Positions 50,745 to 61,300 of a stretch of 64,000 nucleotides of DNA are shown piece by piece. Made by a program: the position numbers and the translations under genes. The stretch is from the NCBI GenBank assembly GCA_052168235.1, contig JBQLZK010000002.1, positions 1 through 64,000 on the forward strand, given 5' to 3'. The stretch's first letter is position 1; each line of letters starts with the position of its first letter. The notes under the pieces are model-generated. The model did not search any database, had not been told where the DNA came from, and saw only the letters and a program-made list of their open reading frames with translations. This stretch comes from Thainema sp. (GTDB lineage: Bacteria; Cyanobacteriota; Cyanobacteriia; Phormidesmidales; Phormidesmidaceae).

Positions 50745-51212
50745 ATGACGGATTTAAAGCGGGCTATTCCTCAAGTTATCGCCTTGGCGGCAGTTGCGAT
50801 CGCGCCGATCGCTTGTGCCTTCACCAGCCCACCATTGCATCAATCCCTAGCGCAGTCTCCATCAGCGATTGCCCAAGCCAGCGAACAGGTCATTCTGGAT
50901 GCCTACGCTCAGCATGCGTCCAACGTCATGGTAGAAGCCGCAGGTCAAGTTGATCGGTTGCTATCAGATGATTTAGAGGGTTCCCGTCATCAGCGCTTCA
51001 TCGTTCGCCTCTCGTCTGGACATACGGTTCTCATCAGCCACAATATTGACCTTGCACCCCGGATTGATGCTCTGCGTCAAGGAGACACAGTGCGATTTCG
51101 GGGGGAATACGAGTGGAACAGTCAAGGCGGAGTGGTGCACTGGACACATCATGATCCCAATGGCTCTCATCCCGGCGGCTGGATCGAGCATCAAGGGCAA
51201 CGCTACGAATAA
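50745..51212 (+). CDS. DUF3465 secreted/lipoprotein
   Basis: DDLEGSRHQRFI, HNIDLAPRI and GGVVHWTHHDP motifs; N-terminal signal peptide. Confidence 0.85.
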   Translation: MTDLKRAIPQVIALAAVAIAPIACAFTSPPLHQSLAQSPSAIAQASEQVILDAYAQHASNVMVEAAGQVDRLLSDDLEGSRHQRFIVRLSSGHTVLISHNIDLAPRIDALRQGDTVRFRGEYEWNSQGGVVHWTHHDPNGSHPGGWIEHQGQRYE

Positions 51213-51321
51213 TGCCGACCAATGGTGCTACGGATAATACTCCACCACCGTTACGGATCAGCCCGCACGAATGGTGCAGCTAGCGCGATAGGATAGATCC
51301 TGAGAGCTATTTATTTGACCC

Positions 51322-51960
51322 ATGCAGACCCGCGATCGCCAAATTTCCACCGTCAACAATCTAGATACTGCTGCTCGGATTGCCTCGGTCAGCCGTACCA
51401 CCAAAGAAACCGACATCCACGTTACGGTCAATCTCGACGGTCAGGGAAAATGTATCGCTGAAACCGGAATTCCCTTTCTGGATCACATGCTGGATCAAAT
51501 TTCATCTCATGGCTTGATTGACTTGGAAGTACGCGCCACGGGTGACTTGGAGATCGATGATCACCACACCAATGAGGATGTGGGCATCACACTTGGCCAA
51601 GCCATTCATCAAGCCCTGGGCGATCGCAAAGGTATCCACCGCTTTGGTCATTTTGTTGCGCCGCTGGATGAATCACTCGTTCAGGTCGCCCTTGACTTTT
51701 CAGGACGGCCTCACCTGTCCTATGGCTTAGACATTCCCACCCAGCGAATTGGCACCTACGACACGCAACTGGTACGCGAGTTTTTCGTTGCCATTGTCAA
51801 TCACGCTCAGATGACTCTGCATATTCGGCAACTGGACGGGATCAACTCTCACCACATTATTGAAGCGACATTTAAAGCGTTTGCTCGCGCTATGCGGATG
51901 GCGATTGAAGCCGATCCACGCCGCATTAATACCATTCCTAGCTCAAAAGGAGTTTTGTAG
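51322..51960 (+). CDS. hisB: Imidazoleglycerol-phosphate dehydratase
   Basis: [22 protein letters not shown] and PSSKGVL. Confidence 0.98.
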   Translation: MQTRDRQISTVNNLDTAARIASVSRTTKETDIHVTVNLDGQGKCIAETGIPFLDHMLDQISSHGLIDLEVRATGDLEIDDHHTNEDVGITLGQAIHQALGDRKGIHRFGHFVAPLDESLVQVALDFSGRPHLSYGLDIPTQRIGTYDTQLVREFFVAIVNHAQMTLHIRQLDGINSHHIIEATFKAFARAMRMAIEADPRRINTIPSSKGVL

Positions 51961-52169
51961 TCACCTCGCGACGCACTGCTGATTTCGCTCAGTATTTCTC
52001 GCTCAGTATTTTTACTCAGTATTGACTGAGCAGTTGAGCAAGTCTGGGCCAAGAATTCAGTAACCAAATGCAAAGTTACTTGAGAGAATATAAATAAAAT
52101 GTTAAGACATAAGAAGTCGCGGCGACTCTGTCGTGATGCCGAACGTTCCAGGAGTTAATTCCTCGAATT

Positions 52170-52727
52170 ATGCAGCATCAGCCAGCTCTATCTACGTGCC
52201 ACACGCTGCCACGTAAGAGGTGCCTGACTGCTTCAATCTACGATGCCTATTGGAGCGATTTACCTATGGCTTCTCAGCTGTCAAAGACTGTTGCTGCACC
52301 CTCTACTCATCCTGAAATTACTGATTCAATCTCATCGCGACTACCGTTGGTGCTAGCGGTCGATGATGATGAAGACAGCCTACTACTGCTGTGTAAGGTG
52401 CTGGATATGTTTCACATTCCTTACCTCAGTACGACTAATCCACTAAAGGCGCTAACGCTGATTCAAGAGCATTGTCCCTCTCTCATTTTGTTGGATGTGG
52501 TGATGCCGGAAGTGAGCGGGCTAGATATTATTTATGCTTTAAAGCGCTCTGCCAAAACCCAGTTGATACCCGTTGTAGCCATCACGGCGCTGGCCAAGAT
52601 GGAAGATCGTCAGCTTCTGCTGCAATCTGGCTTTGCTGATTACCTCAACAAACCCTACAACATTGATGATCTACAGGCGTTGCTGATCCGGTATTTAACC
52701 GCAGCTCACGTTGTAGAGGCTGACTGA
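52170..52727 (+). CDS. Single-domain response regulator
   Basis: LAVDDDED, LLDVVMP, AITA and YLNKP; start may be ATG 52266. Confidence 0.85.
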   Translation: MQHQPALSTCHTLPRKRCLTASIYDAYWSDLPMASQLSKTVAAPSTHPEITDSISSRLPLVLAVDDDEDSLLLLCKVLDMFHIPYLSTTNPLKALTLIQEHCPSLILLDVVMPEVSGLDIIYALKRSAKTQLIPVVAITALAKMEDRQLLLQSGFADYLNKPYNIDDLQALLIRYLTAAHVVEAD

Positions 52728-52992
52728 AAAACTGCCTGATCTACGGAAATAGCATCTTATTTCCTGTGACGGAACAAATTGCTGCCTATTCCAACTGCTA
52801 TTGATGAACTGGACTGGGTATCATGGGTTTAGAGGCTTGGATGATTATGACATCGCATCCTCAAACCCAGTCATATTTAATCCTGTAGCCCAACTCAATA
52901 TCAAGTGAAGACTAAGCAAATTCTTACAACTGCGAGGATGCCACATTGTTTCTAACCTTATTTCTGTAGAGCACTCTGATAGGTGACAACTC

Positions 52993-53682
52993 ATGGCTCA
53001 TACGGTTCAGTCCTCCTACACTCAAGAGCAAATTGCTACCTGGCTAAGAGGACTGTTGACGATTGCTTGGGCAGACGGACATTTTGATGAGGAGGAAAAA
53101 GACCTCATTCACACGATTCTGGATGATGAACTGGCCAAAGACATTAACTTTGAGACGTTTGAACCCGTTACGGCTACCAGCTTAGCGGAGCATATCGGTC
53201 AAGATAGCCACATGGCGGAAAATTTTCTCCGCACTGCTGTAATGGTCGCGCTAGCGGATGGTGTATATTCCGCATCGGAAGATGAAAAGCTCCAGAGCTT
53301 TTGTGAAGCACTCAGCCAAGAAATTGAAGTACTCAATTCGCTGCGGTCTACACTGTATGACCTCTCTGGTTCCGAGCCGACAGCAGCGGCACCTGCGATC
53401 GCACCTGGCAGTCACGATGGCAAAATTGATCCGCTCAAACCCGCCCGCGAGTGGCTAGACCAGCTTGATGTACAAGATCCGCGTTTGGCACGATTTATCT
53501 GCAAACTGGTGCCACCCCAGTGTCCCTTTGAGCGGGATGTCAAGCTGTTTGGCAAGAAGATTGTTCACATTCCACCCATGTGTAAGCTCAATCCGCTGTA
53601 TGAACAGCTTGTCGGTTTACGCTTCCGAGCGCTCTCCTATTTAGCGGATGATTGCAACGAGGATGTAACACCTTACATTTAA
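52993..53682 (+). CDS. TerB-like plus Mo-dependent nitrogenase C-terminal domain protein
   Basis: AWADG and ALADG TerB motifs; CPFERD...IPPMCKLNPLYEQL. Confidence 0.88.
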   Translation: MAHTVQSSYTQEQIATWLRGLLTIAWADGHFDEEEKDLIHTILDDELAKDINFETFEPVTATSLAEHIGQDSHMAENFLRTAVMVALADGVYSASEDEKLQSFCEALSQEIEVLNSLRSTLYDLSGSEPTAAAPAIAPGSHDGKIDPLKPAREWLDQLDVQDPRLARFICKLVPPQCPFERDVKLFGKKIVHIPPMCKLNPLYEQLVGLRFRALSYLADDCNEDVTPYI

Positions 53683-53714
53683 GACTCAAGCTGTATCACT
53701 CAGGCTTAAACAAG

Positions 53715-53795
53715 GGAATTGCTGATTTTAAGTATGAATTGTGATGTGGGAGCGATGCCCCCACATCACAATTCATACCCAGATTAAGCAACGCC
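53715..53795. mobile_element. 81-bp MITE with 9-bp target-site duplication
   Basis: Flanked by direct repeat TTAAACAAG (53706-53714 and 53796-53804). Imperfect TIRs GGAATTGCTG / AAGCAACGCC and an internal 19-bp stem. Confidence 0.85.
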
Positions 53796-53835
53796 TTAAA
53801 CAAGAGGCCGCACATTGTGCGGCCTCTTGTTTAAG
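53795..53835. terminator. Long hairpin between convergent genes
   Basis: CTTAAACAAGAGGCCGCACA-T-TGTGCGGCCTCTTGTTTAAG. Confidence 0.7.
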
Positions 53836-53843
53836 CTCTAATT

Positions 53844-55556
53844 TTAAGATGCGCCAGATTGCGATCTCGACACCTGCCAACTGAGCAGCATAACGGGAAT
53901 CAAACCAACCAGCACAATTGCTAGCGCCGGAGCCGCAGCCTCGGCTAGACGCTCATCCGACGCGAGGCGATACACCTGTACCGCCAGCGTATCAAAGTTA
54001 AACGGGCGCACGATCAGTGTGGCTGGTAGCTCTTTCATTACGTCAACAAACACCAGAATGGCGGCGGTAACTAGCCCCCCTCCCATCAGGGGCGCATGGA
54101 TTTTGAGCAGCGTTGATATGGAACCGTAACCCAGCGAGTGGGACGCGTCGTCTAAGCTGGGTTTGATGCGGCTGAGGCTGGACTGCACGGTGTTGTAGGA
54201 AACCGCTAGAAAGCGGACAAGATAGGCAAAAACGAGGGCGATAATCGTGCCACTGAGTAACAATCCGGTTGAGATGCCCAACAGGCTCTGCATGGAGCGA
54301 TCCAACCAGTTATCAAATCGGCCCAGCGGCATCAGAATTCCGACCGCGATGACAGCTCCGGGTACCGCATAGCCAATTGAGGCTACGCGTACAGCAACAG
54401 CCATACTCGGTTTGGGCCGCAACCGTAAGCCGTAGGCCATGATCAAAGCCAGGACAACGGCTAGCCCAGCAGTTAGAAAGGCCAGAACTAAGCTATTGCT
54501 GGCGTACTGCCAAAATCCAGTACTAAAGTTATCAGTCATATTTGCGATCGCCATTTCGGCCAGCACCACCGCTGGAATCAAAAATCCCAGAATGATTGGC
54601 AGGGCGCACATGAAGCTCGCTCCGACTGCTCGCCAATGGTGTAACTGAAAGGCTGAAAACGGCTGCTGACTGTTGTGGCTTTGATAGTACTTGGTGCGGC
54701 GGCGTGACCATTGTTCCAACACCAGCAGCGCCAAGATGAAGGTGAGCAGCAGCGCCGATAGCTGAGAAGCCGCAATCCGTTCGCCCAAACCAAACCAGGT
54801 GCGATAAATTCCGGTTGTAAATGTTTCAACGCCAAAAAACTGGACGGTGCCGAAATCATTTAACGTTTCCATCAGCGCCAGCGCTACGCCGCCCATAATT
54901 CCGGGACGCGCCAGCGGCAGCGCCACTCGAAAAAAGCCGTTCCATGGATTGCAGCCTAATGACCGACTGGCCTCTAGGGTACAAACCGACTGGTCGAGAA
55001 AGGCAACGCGGGTAATCAGGTAGACGTAAGGATAGAGCACGAGCGTCAGCATTGCGATCGCACCACCAAGCGAGCGAATATCAGGAAACCAGTAATCATT
55101 GACACTGCTCCAGCCAAAGATTTGGCGCAGGCTCGACTGAACCGGCCCATAGAATTCCAGTAGATCCGTATACACATAGGCCAAGATATAGGCCGGAGCG
55201 GCAAGCGGCAGCAGCAGTGCCCATTCGAAGACACGACGGCCTGGAAATTGACAGGTTGTTACCAGCCATGCTGTGCTGACTCCGATGATCGTGACGCCCA
55301 AACTCACACCGACCATCAGCCAAAACGATTGCAGCATATAGGTCGGCAATACAGTTGAGGCCAAATGGCTCCAAATTTCTTGACTAGAGGGAGTAAAGAC
55401 CGAGCCGATGACCACCAGGATGGGCGAAGCAATCAAAATTGCGATCGCACCCACAACCAGCATCCATCCATCTATTCGTAAGTGTGAAGATCGCAAGTGT
55501 GAAGATACCTGCTTAACCCGATCTATATATTTGGTTGCCATTCTTCCTCGGCTCAC
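53844..55556 (-). CDS. futB: Fe(III) ABC transporter permease
   Basis: Duplicated BPD TM domains with LEASRSLG, NDFGTV and KELPAT; start uncertain. Confidence 0.88.
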   Translation of the reverse strand: MSRGRMATKYIDRVKQVSSHLRSSHLRIDGWMLVVGAIAILIASPILVVIGSVFTPSSQEIWSHLASTVLPTYMLQSFWLMVGVSLGVTIIGVSTAWLVTTCQFPGRRVFEWALLLPLAAPAYILAYVYTDLLEFYGPVQSSLRQIFGWSSVNDYWFPDIRSLGGAIAMLTLVLYPYVYLITRVAFLDQSVCTLEASRSLGCNPWNGFFRVALPLARPGIMGGVALALMETLNDFGTVQFFGVETFTTGIYRTWFGLGERIAASQLSALLLTFILALLVLEQWSRRRTKYYQSHNSQQPFSAFQLHHWRAVGASFMCALPIILGFLIPAVVLAEMAIANMTDNFSTGFWQYASNSLVLAFLTAGLAVVLALIMAYGLRLRPKPSMAVAVRVASIGYAVPGAVIAVGILMPLGRFDNWLDRSMQSLLGISTGLLLSGTIIALVFAYLVRFLAVSYNTVQSSLSRIKPSLDDASHSLGYGSISTLLKIHAPLMGGGLVTAAILVFVDVMKELPATLIVRPFNFDTLAVQVYRLASDERLAEAAAPALAIVLVGLIPVMLLSWQVSRSQSGAS

Positions 55557-55687
55557 TCATCAACCCTAGTAGCCAATCCTAGCGTTTCAAATGCCCCATC
55601 TAAAGCATTCGCCTGTCGGAAGACACCTGACTGGAGGCGACAGAACTGCCTACCAGAACGTTGACTCCTGCCAAGTGACAACTGCAA

Positions 55688-55777
55688 TAGACTTTATTGG
55701 AAATAAAGTTTTTGGGGTTGGAAATTGTTTTGTAGCGCGGCTTCGCCGCGCTACAAAACAATTTCCGATAAAGTCTA
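55688..55777 (-). mobile_element. 90-bp MITE-like element, copy 3 (inverted)
   Basis: Reverse complement of copies 1 and 2 with one substitution. Confidence 0.85.
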
Positions 55778-56107
55778 AGATATGGCCCAACAGAAATCTC
55801 TGCGCTGTCTTTGGCAAGAGATCGACAGTACAACCCTTTTGCCAAAAACGTTTGCTAAAAATGTAGGTTCTTATCTCAATGCTTCCCGGCTGTTGGAGCT
55901 GGTCAAACAAATTATGGATTCGTGATCTACGATGACAGTATTCACTCCGCCAAGTATAAACTCGTATGGAGAATGTAAATTAGTTCTTCCCTGTTTTTGG
56001 TTGGACAGAGCGAGTCATTAACATTAGGGGTGCTTCCACAGAATCTTGTCCTGACGTTGCAGATGTAGTTGTGAAAAAAAGCCTAGTGGTTTTACAGGAA
56101 AGCGACC

Positions 56108-57808
56108 TTGCGGCGTAATTTACCTTCATCAAAACTAGATGTTTCTGATCAGCTAGAGTCACCAAAATTTGTCAGCTTGCGCGTCAAATTACTGTTGGGC
56201 TTTAGCGTGATTTTTAGCATCGTTTTCGCGGGTGCTTTTTATTGGTTCTATACCTTTACAACTGAAAAAACAATTGACCGACTGCGGACAGAACTGCGAT
56301 CAACTCTCAAAGGGGCAGCAGAAGGGGTCGATGTTGAAGAACTGCTGGAGCTGTATGAAACTGGGGAGCGAAACGCCGCTGGATTTTCAGACGATCCGCG
56401 CTATCAGCGGCAGCTAGAGTGGTTTGAAACGGTGCATCGATTGCGCCCCGATACCTGGCTTTATTCAATGGTGGTGGGCAAAGCGGCTGATAATCGACGG
56501 ATCGGCCCTGCCGTCGTTGCTCCCAATGAACGGGAGATGATCTATCTGGTCGATTTGCGGGTGAACTATGTACCTGAAAAGGCGGTCAAGTTTTTAGAGC
56601 CCGATATTTTGAGTTTGCGGGCGCGCAAAGTGCTGGAAACGGGTGAATTAGCTGAGCATTCTCGACTGTATACCGATAAGTGGGGCACCTGGCTATCGGC
56701 TTCTGCACCGTTGAAAAATGATGCTGGTGAAGTGGTCGCCATCCTGGGACTGGATATTGATGCGCGCCATGTGCGAGACATTCAGCAGACGATCCGACAT
56801 CGGGTGATTATCGCCTTTGCGATCGCATACGGAGTACTGTTTGTTCTGATTTATGTCCTATCTGGTGTTTTAACCCGTAATTTAATTGTGCTGACTGAAG
56901 CAGCCGAGCGAGTCGCTGACGGCGAATATGTGCAAAAGATTGCGTTCCCGCGTCAGAGTCGCTTTCCAGATGAAATGGATCGGCTGGCTCAGGTGTTTGA
57001 CGTGATGGTGGAGCGCATTCGGACGCGGGAACGGCTGATCCGACATGGTAAGAGGGTGGAAACGGAAATTCGCAATGCGCTAGAAGAAGAAAAAGAACTG
57101 AATGCGCTCAAGTCCCGCTTCATCTCGATGGTCTCCCACGAATTTCGTACGCCGCTGACGGTGATTCGCACCTCGGTTGAACTACTGGAACAGTATGGCC
57201 ACATTGCCTCTGCCGCGAAGCGCCAGGAGTATTTTCAGCGCATTCGCTCAGCCATTCGCAACATGTCCCACCTAATGGAAGATGTCCTCACCATCGGCAA
57301 AGCAGAGGCAGGCAAGCTAGAGCTAGAGCTGACTCCAGTTGATTTACAAGCCTTTTGCCAGGATTTGATCGATGAGATTCAGCTCAGCATCGGCAAATCC
57401 CATACTATTTCGTTTACTTGCGATCGCAACTGTCCCACTTCGGCACTGGTTGATCCCAAACTGCTGCGATCAATTTTGACCAATCTGTTATCCAATGCGG
57501 TCAAATATTCGCCGAGCGGCAAACCCATCGACTTTCACCTCACCTGCTCTGACACCAGCGCAATGTTCCAAATCGAGGATCACGGCATCGGTATCCCGGA
57601 CGAAGATCAGCCTAAGCTGTTTGAGACGTTCCATCGTGCCCAAAATGCCATCAACATTCGCGGCACCGGACTCGGACTCGCCATCGTCAAGCAGTGCATT
57701 GAACTGCACAACGGCCAGGTTTCGTTTTCCAGCCAGCAGGGAGTCGGCACTGTCTTTCGAGTCGAGCTACCGCTAAACCTAAGTCAAAGCCACCTAGAAC
57801 AACACTAA
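56108..57808 (+). CDS. Membrane sensor histidine kinase (periplasmic sensor-HAMP-HisKA-HATPase)
   Basis: Two TM helices, HAMP, SHEFRTPL, NLLSNAVKYS, DHGIGI and GTGLGL. Confidence 0.93.
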   Translation: MRRNLPSSKLDVSDQLESPKFVSLRVKLLLGFSVIFSIVFAGAFYWFYTFTTEKTIDRLRTELRSTLKGAAEGVDVEELLELYETGERNAAGFSDDPRYQRQLEWFETVHRLRPDTWLYSMVVGKAADNRRIGPAVVAPNEREMIYLVDLRVNYVPEKAVKFLEPDILSLRARKVLETGELAEHSRLYTDKWGTWLSASAPLKNDAGEVVAILGLDIDARHVRDIQQTIRHRVIIAFAIAYGVLFVLIYVLSGVLTRNLIVLTEAAERVADGEYVQKIAFPRQSRFPDEMDRLAQVFDVMVERIRTRERLIRHGKRVETEIRNALEEEKELNALKSRFISMVSHEFRTPLTVIRTSVELLEQYGHIASAAKRQEYFQRIRSAIRNMSHLMEDVLTIGKAEAGKLELELTPVDLQAFCQDLIDEIQLSIGKSHTISFTCDRNCPTSALVDPKLLRSILTNLLSNAVKYSPSGKPIDFHLTCSDTSAMFQIEDHGIGIPDEDQPKLFETFHRAQNAINIRGTGLGLAIVKQCIELHNGQVSFSSQQGVGTVFRVELPLNLSQSHLEQH

Positions 57809-58437
57809 AGCGCCTGACCGGAGGCAATACTTTGGGCACCGGGTTCATGAATGTAGAGAATGCAGTCCGTTTCGCTCTTGACCATAATCAGGTCATCGCC
57901 CCGCTGAGCAATTTTTGTGATCAGCTCCAGCGCTCGATCCATGTCAGGCTCCTGACGGAAAAAGCTGTAGTAGCCACCGTTAAACGCGATCGCAACTAGA
58001 GGTTTATCTAGATCCGGTGTGCGAATGTAGCACGGCTGATACTGGGCGCGGTCAATTAAAATCGTACAGGTGCCCGGTGCGATCGCATTTAGGCCAGCCG
58101 CAGACGTGCGGGTTTTGCAGACGATGGGCGTTGCATTGGGCTCCAAACCCCAGAGACTGTAGCCTTTAGGGGTAGCGAGAATTGCGACTTCTTCGCCCCG
58201 ATAGCTCAACTTGGTCAACAACCTCAGCGTTTTGGCCACAGTGTCGGTCGCTTTTAGAAAGCTGTAGAATCCTCGCCCCGTTTGAATCGACGGCAAGCTG
58301 TGGTCACAGTCCGGAATTTGAATGCGGCAGGTATGGTACTGCTGGCGGGAGGCGAGAAAAACGGTAGCGGCTGGCACATGATGCTTAAGCTGTTCAGATG
58401 ATAGTGACACAGTTCGAGATTGCATGGAGACACACAA
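57805..58437 (-). CDS. Hypothetical protein with a tandem duplicated domain
   Basis: Two copies of R-x-QY-x2-C-x-I-x2-PD-x-D...[FY]YSF; start uncertain (possibly ATG 58425). Confidence 0.7.
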   Translation of the reverse strand: MCVSMQSRTVSLSSEQLKHHVPAATVFLASRQQYHTCRIQIPDCDHSLPSIQTGRGFYSFLKATDTVAKTLRLLTKLSYRGEEVAILATPKGYSLWGLEPNATPIVCKTRTSAAGLNAIAPGTCTILIDRAQYQPCYIRTPDLDKPLVAIAFNGGYYSFFRQEPDMDRALELITKIAQRGDDLIMVKSETDCILYIHEPGAQSIASGQAL

Positions 58438-59242
58438 AAGGATGGATGGGTATACCGCTAAGAGTTCCCCACTTTACCAGCAAAATCCCACGGAACGGTT
58501 CTCAAATCGAGCACAGGACTACGCTCAGCACCGACCCAGCTATCCTGCAACTGCGATCGCGCATATTCTGGCTGACTTAGGCGACCCGTCCAGCCTCACT
58601 GCGGCTGATATCGGCGCAGGCACAGGCATTTCGGCGCGTCTGCTAGCCGAACAGGGGGTGACGGTATGGGCGATTGAACCCAATGCCGCCATGCGCCAGG
58701 CTGCTGAACCCCATCCCCACATTACCTGGCAGGACGGACAGGCCGAAACCACGGGTTTACCTGACGCTGCTGTTGATCTAGTTACCTGCTGCCAAGCCTT
58801 TCACTGGTTTCGGCCTGAACCGAGTCTGCAAGAGTTTCACCGGATTTTGCGACCGAGCGGGCGACTAGCACTGATGTGGAATGACCGTGACGAGAGCGAC
58901 GAATTTGTGGGCCAGTACACTCAACTCCTCCGTGATGCAGCAGGCAATCGCTACCTCAACCATGCTGATCATCGCGAGCTAGAGGTCGTGCAGCACAGTC
59001 CGTTATTTAAGGACTATCAAGCGTTGACCTTTCCCTATCATCAGTTCCTCACCCTTGAGGGGCTGATTGGCCGCGCCATGAGTTCGTCCTATGTGCCGCA
59101 ATCAGGTGCTGCCGCTGAGCAGTTGGTCACCAACCTCACGCAGTTGCACCAGCGGTTCAGCGATGCCGATGGGCGAGTCCGCTTTGCCTATGTCACTCGT
59201 CTCTATCTAGTCACCTATCGAGAGACAGTGAATCATGCCTGA
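58424..59242 (+). CDS. Class I SAM-dependent methyltransferase
   Basis: ADIGAGTG, AIEPN and CQAFHWF; true start probably downstream of 58424. Confidence 0.9.
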   Translation: METHKRMDGYTAKSSPLYQQNPTERFSNRAQDYAQHRPSYPATAIAHILADLGDPSSLTAADIGAGTGISARLLAEQGVTVWAIEPNAAMRQAAEPHPHITWQDGQAETTGLPDAAVDLVTCCQAFHWFRPEPSLQEFHRILRPSGRLALMWNDRDESDEFVGQYTQLLRDAAGNRYLNHADHRELEVVQHSPLFKDYQALTFPYHQFLTLEGLIGRAMSSSYVPQSGAAAEQLVTNLTQLHQRFSDADGRVRFAYVTRLYLVTYRETVNHA

Positions 59243-60059
59243 AGGCCCTGAAATCAAGCGCTCAGCCGACAAAATTGCCGCTGCGATCGCACATCGTCCA
59301 ATTAAAGAGATCTTCTTTGCCTTTGACCACCTCAAACCCTACGCTGAAAAGCTACAGGAGCGCCAAGTTATCGCCGTAGAGCCACGAGGCAAAGCTCTGC
59401 TCACGCGGTTCGACAACGGGCTGAACATCTACAGCCACAATCAGCTCTACGGCAAATGGGTGATTCGCAAAGCCTACTCTTATCCCGAAACCAATTGGCA
59501 GCTCCGGCTAGCCATTCACACGGAGCGCAAGTCAGCCCTACTCTACAGCGCCTCTGACATCGACGTGCTAGCGGATGCCGATTTGGCGCATCATCCGTTC
59601 TTACAGCGCATTGGGCCAGATGTGCTAGATGAGCAGGTTACCGTTGAACAAGTGATGGAGCGACTGCGCGATCGCGAATTTCATCGCCGCAAGTTCACCA
59701 CGCTGCTGCTGGATCAGCATTTCCTGGCTGGATTAGGCAACTATTTGCGTACCGAAATTTTGTTTGTAGCGCGGGTTCATCCCGAACGGCGTCCGGTCGA
59801 TTGTACCGAGGCAGAATTGCACCAAGTCGCTGAAGCTGCGATCTCAGTTTCGCGCCAGTCCTACGTCACGGCGGGCATTACCAACGATGTTGATTTAGCC
59901 AATCAGTTGAAAGCGCAGGGCTATAAACGCTCGGCCTATCGCCACTGGGCCTTTAACCGCCAATATCAGCCCTGCTTTGTCTGCGGTACGCCGATTGTGA
60001 AAGCCATGTCCGGTGGGCGTCGCTACTACTTCTGTCCAGCCTGCCAGAGCACCACTTAA
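59235..60059 (+). CDS. nei: Endonuclease VIII (Fpg/Nei family)
   Basis: MPEGPEI, RGKALL, YSHNQLYG, GLGNYLRTEI and a C-terminal zinc finger (CFVC...CPACQ). Confidence 0.92.
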   Translation: MPEGPEIKRSADKIAAAIAHRPIKEIFFAFDHLKPYAEKLQERQVIAVEPRGKALLTRFDNGLNIYSHNQLYGKWVIRKAYSYPETNWQLRLAIHTERKSALLYSASDIDVLADADLAHHPFLQRIGPDVLDEQVTVEQVMERLRDREFHRRKFTTLLLDQHFLAGLGNYLRTEILFVARVHPERRPVDCTEAELHQVAEAAISVSRQSYVTAGITNDVDLANQLKAQGYKRSAYRHWAFNRQYQPCFVCGTPIVKAMSGGRRYYFCPACQSTT

Positions 60060-60287
60060 CGTGTTCCCTTTTAGCCAAATCTGCCAGCACCTGATAGGTC
60101 TGACAAATGTGCGGGAATAATGAGTGCTGTGCGACGTTGTAATGCTTAGACATTACCGTCTGTCAAGATGCTAACCTCTGAAGTAGCCGCAGACTCATAC
60201 GCGATCGCAAATTTCACTGGCGTCATCAGCGCCAACATCAGAATCACTCTATTGTCCTCAATGGACGATAAACAATAAACCGAAAAC

Positions 60288-61277
60288 ATGACCATCGCAT
60301 TATCCGAGGAGATGGAGGTAATGGACAATTTGACCATCGGCTTAGACCCAACAAGCCGCCCCCTAAGTAGCCGAGGCCGTCCCGCCAAGCCCAAAATGTT
60401 GGTTGTGGACGATGAGCCAGACAACCTTGATCTTCTGTATCGGACATTTCGGCGGGATTTCCAGGTTTTAAAGGCCGAAAGCGGCATTATGGCGCTCGAA
60501 GTACTGGAATCCGAGGGCGAAGTGGCGGTGATCATTTCTGACCAGCGGATGCCAGAGATGAAGGGAACGGAATTTCTGAGTAAAACCGTCCCTCAATTTC
60601 CCAACACCGTGCGGATTATTCTGACGGGCTTCACCGACGTGGAAGATTTGGTTGAAGCGATCAACTCTGGTCAGGTTTACAAGTACATCACCAAGCCCTG
60701 GGATCCGAACGAACTCAAAATCGTGGTGCAGCGGGCGGCTGAAACCTATGAGTTACTCAATCAGCGCACTGAAGAACTGGTGAGAGCACAGGCTCAAATG
60801 TCGCTATTGAAGACGATTGTATCGGTTGCTCGTGAGCAAGATACCGTCCAAACTAGCCTTGAACCGCTCGCTAAAGCCTTTAGCCAAAGTTTCTCAACCA
60901 ACTGCTGCGTCATCTGTCCCTTAGCCGACGGCTCAACGGGCGATGAAATCGGCTGTTATCCGGCTGGCATCAGCACCGATTGGTTGGCGAACGATCCCCT
61001 GGTGCAAAAAGCGATCGCAGAAAAGTCGCTCCAGGTTGCCACCAATATTCCAGCCGATGCCGAGCTTTCTGCCGTGTCCCATTACACCGCAGGTGATATT
61101 CAAGCGCATCTCGTCGCCCCGATTATTTACCGCGACCAGGTGATTGCCCTGCTCTCCCTCCAGTGGAAGCAGCCCTGCCAACTGCGGGATGATGAGCTAT
61201 GCCTGATTGAGCTATCGGCGCAGCAAGCCGCTCTCGCCTTGATTAGCACTCGCTACTATAATATGGCGCAGGTCTAA
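60288..61277 (+). CDS. Response regulator (REC plus GAF-like)
   Basis: LVVDDEPD, ISDQRMP and YITKPW; C-terminal GAF-like region. Confidence 0.88.
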   Translation: MTIALSEEMEVMDNLTIGLDPTSRPLSSRGRPAKPKMLVVDDEPDNLDLLYRTFRRDFQVLKAESGIMALEVLESEGEVAVIISDQRMPEMKGTEFLSKTVPQFPNTVRIILTGFTDVEDLVEAINSGQVYKYITKPWDPNELKIVVQRAAETYELLNQRTEELVRAQAQMSLLKTIVSVAREQDTVQTSLEPLAKAFSQSFSTNCCVICPLADGSTGDEIGCYPAGISTDWLANDPLVQKAIAEKSLQVATNIPADAELSAVSHYTAGDIQAHLVAPIIYRDQVIALLSLQWKQPCQLRDDELCLIELSAQQAALALISTRYYNMAQV

Positions 61278-61300
61278 TATCGGCTTCATCACAACTTGGC

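Noticed and set aside
51985..52030. Short CTCAGTATT tandem repeats after hisB as a possible CRISPR
   Set aside because: Units are ~14 bp with no spacers and no cas genes.
52993..53682. Nitrogenase-related gene as evidence of N2 fixation
   Set aside because: The domain name is historical, the family occurs in non-diazotrophs, and no nif genes are present.
55591..55910. Small ORFs sharing DFIGNKVFGVGNCFVAR with the ORF at 29214-29522
   Set aside because: The shared peptide is just the 90-bp MITE read in frame.
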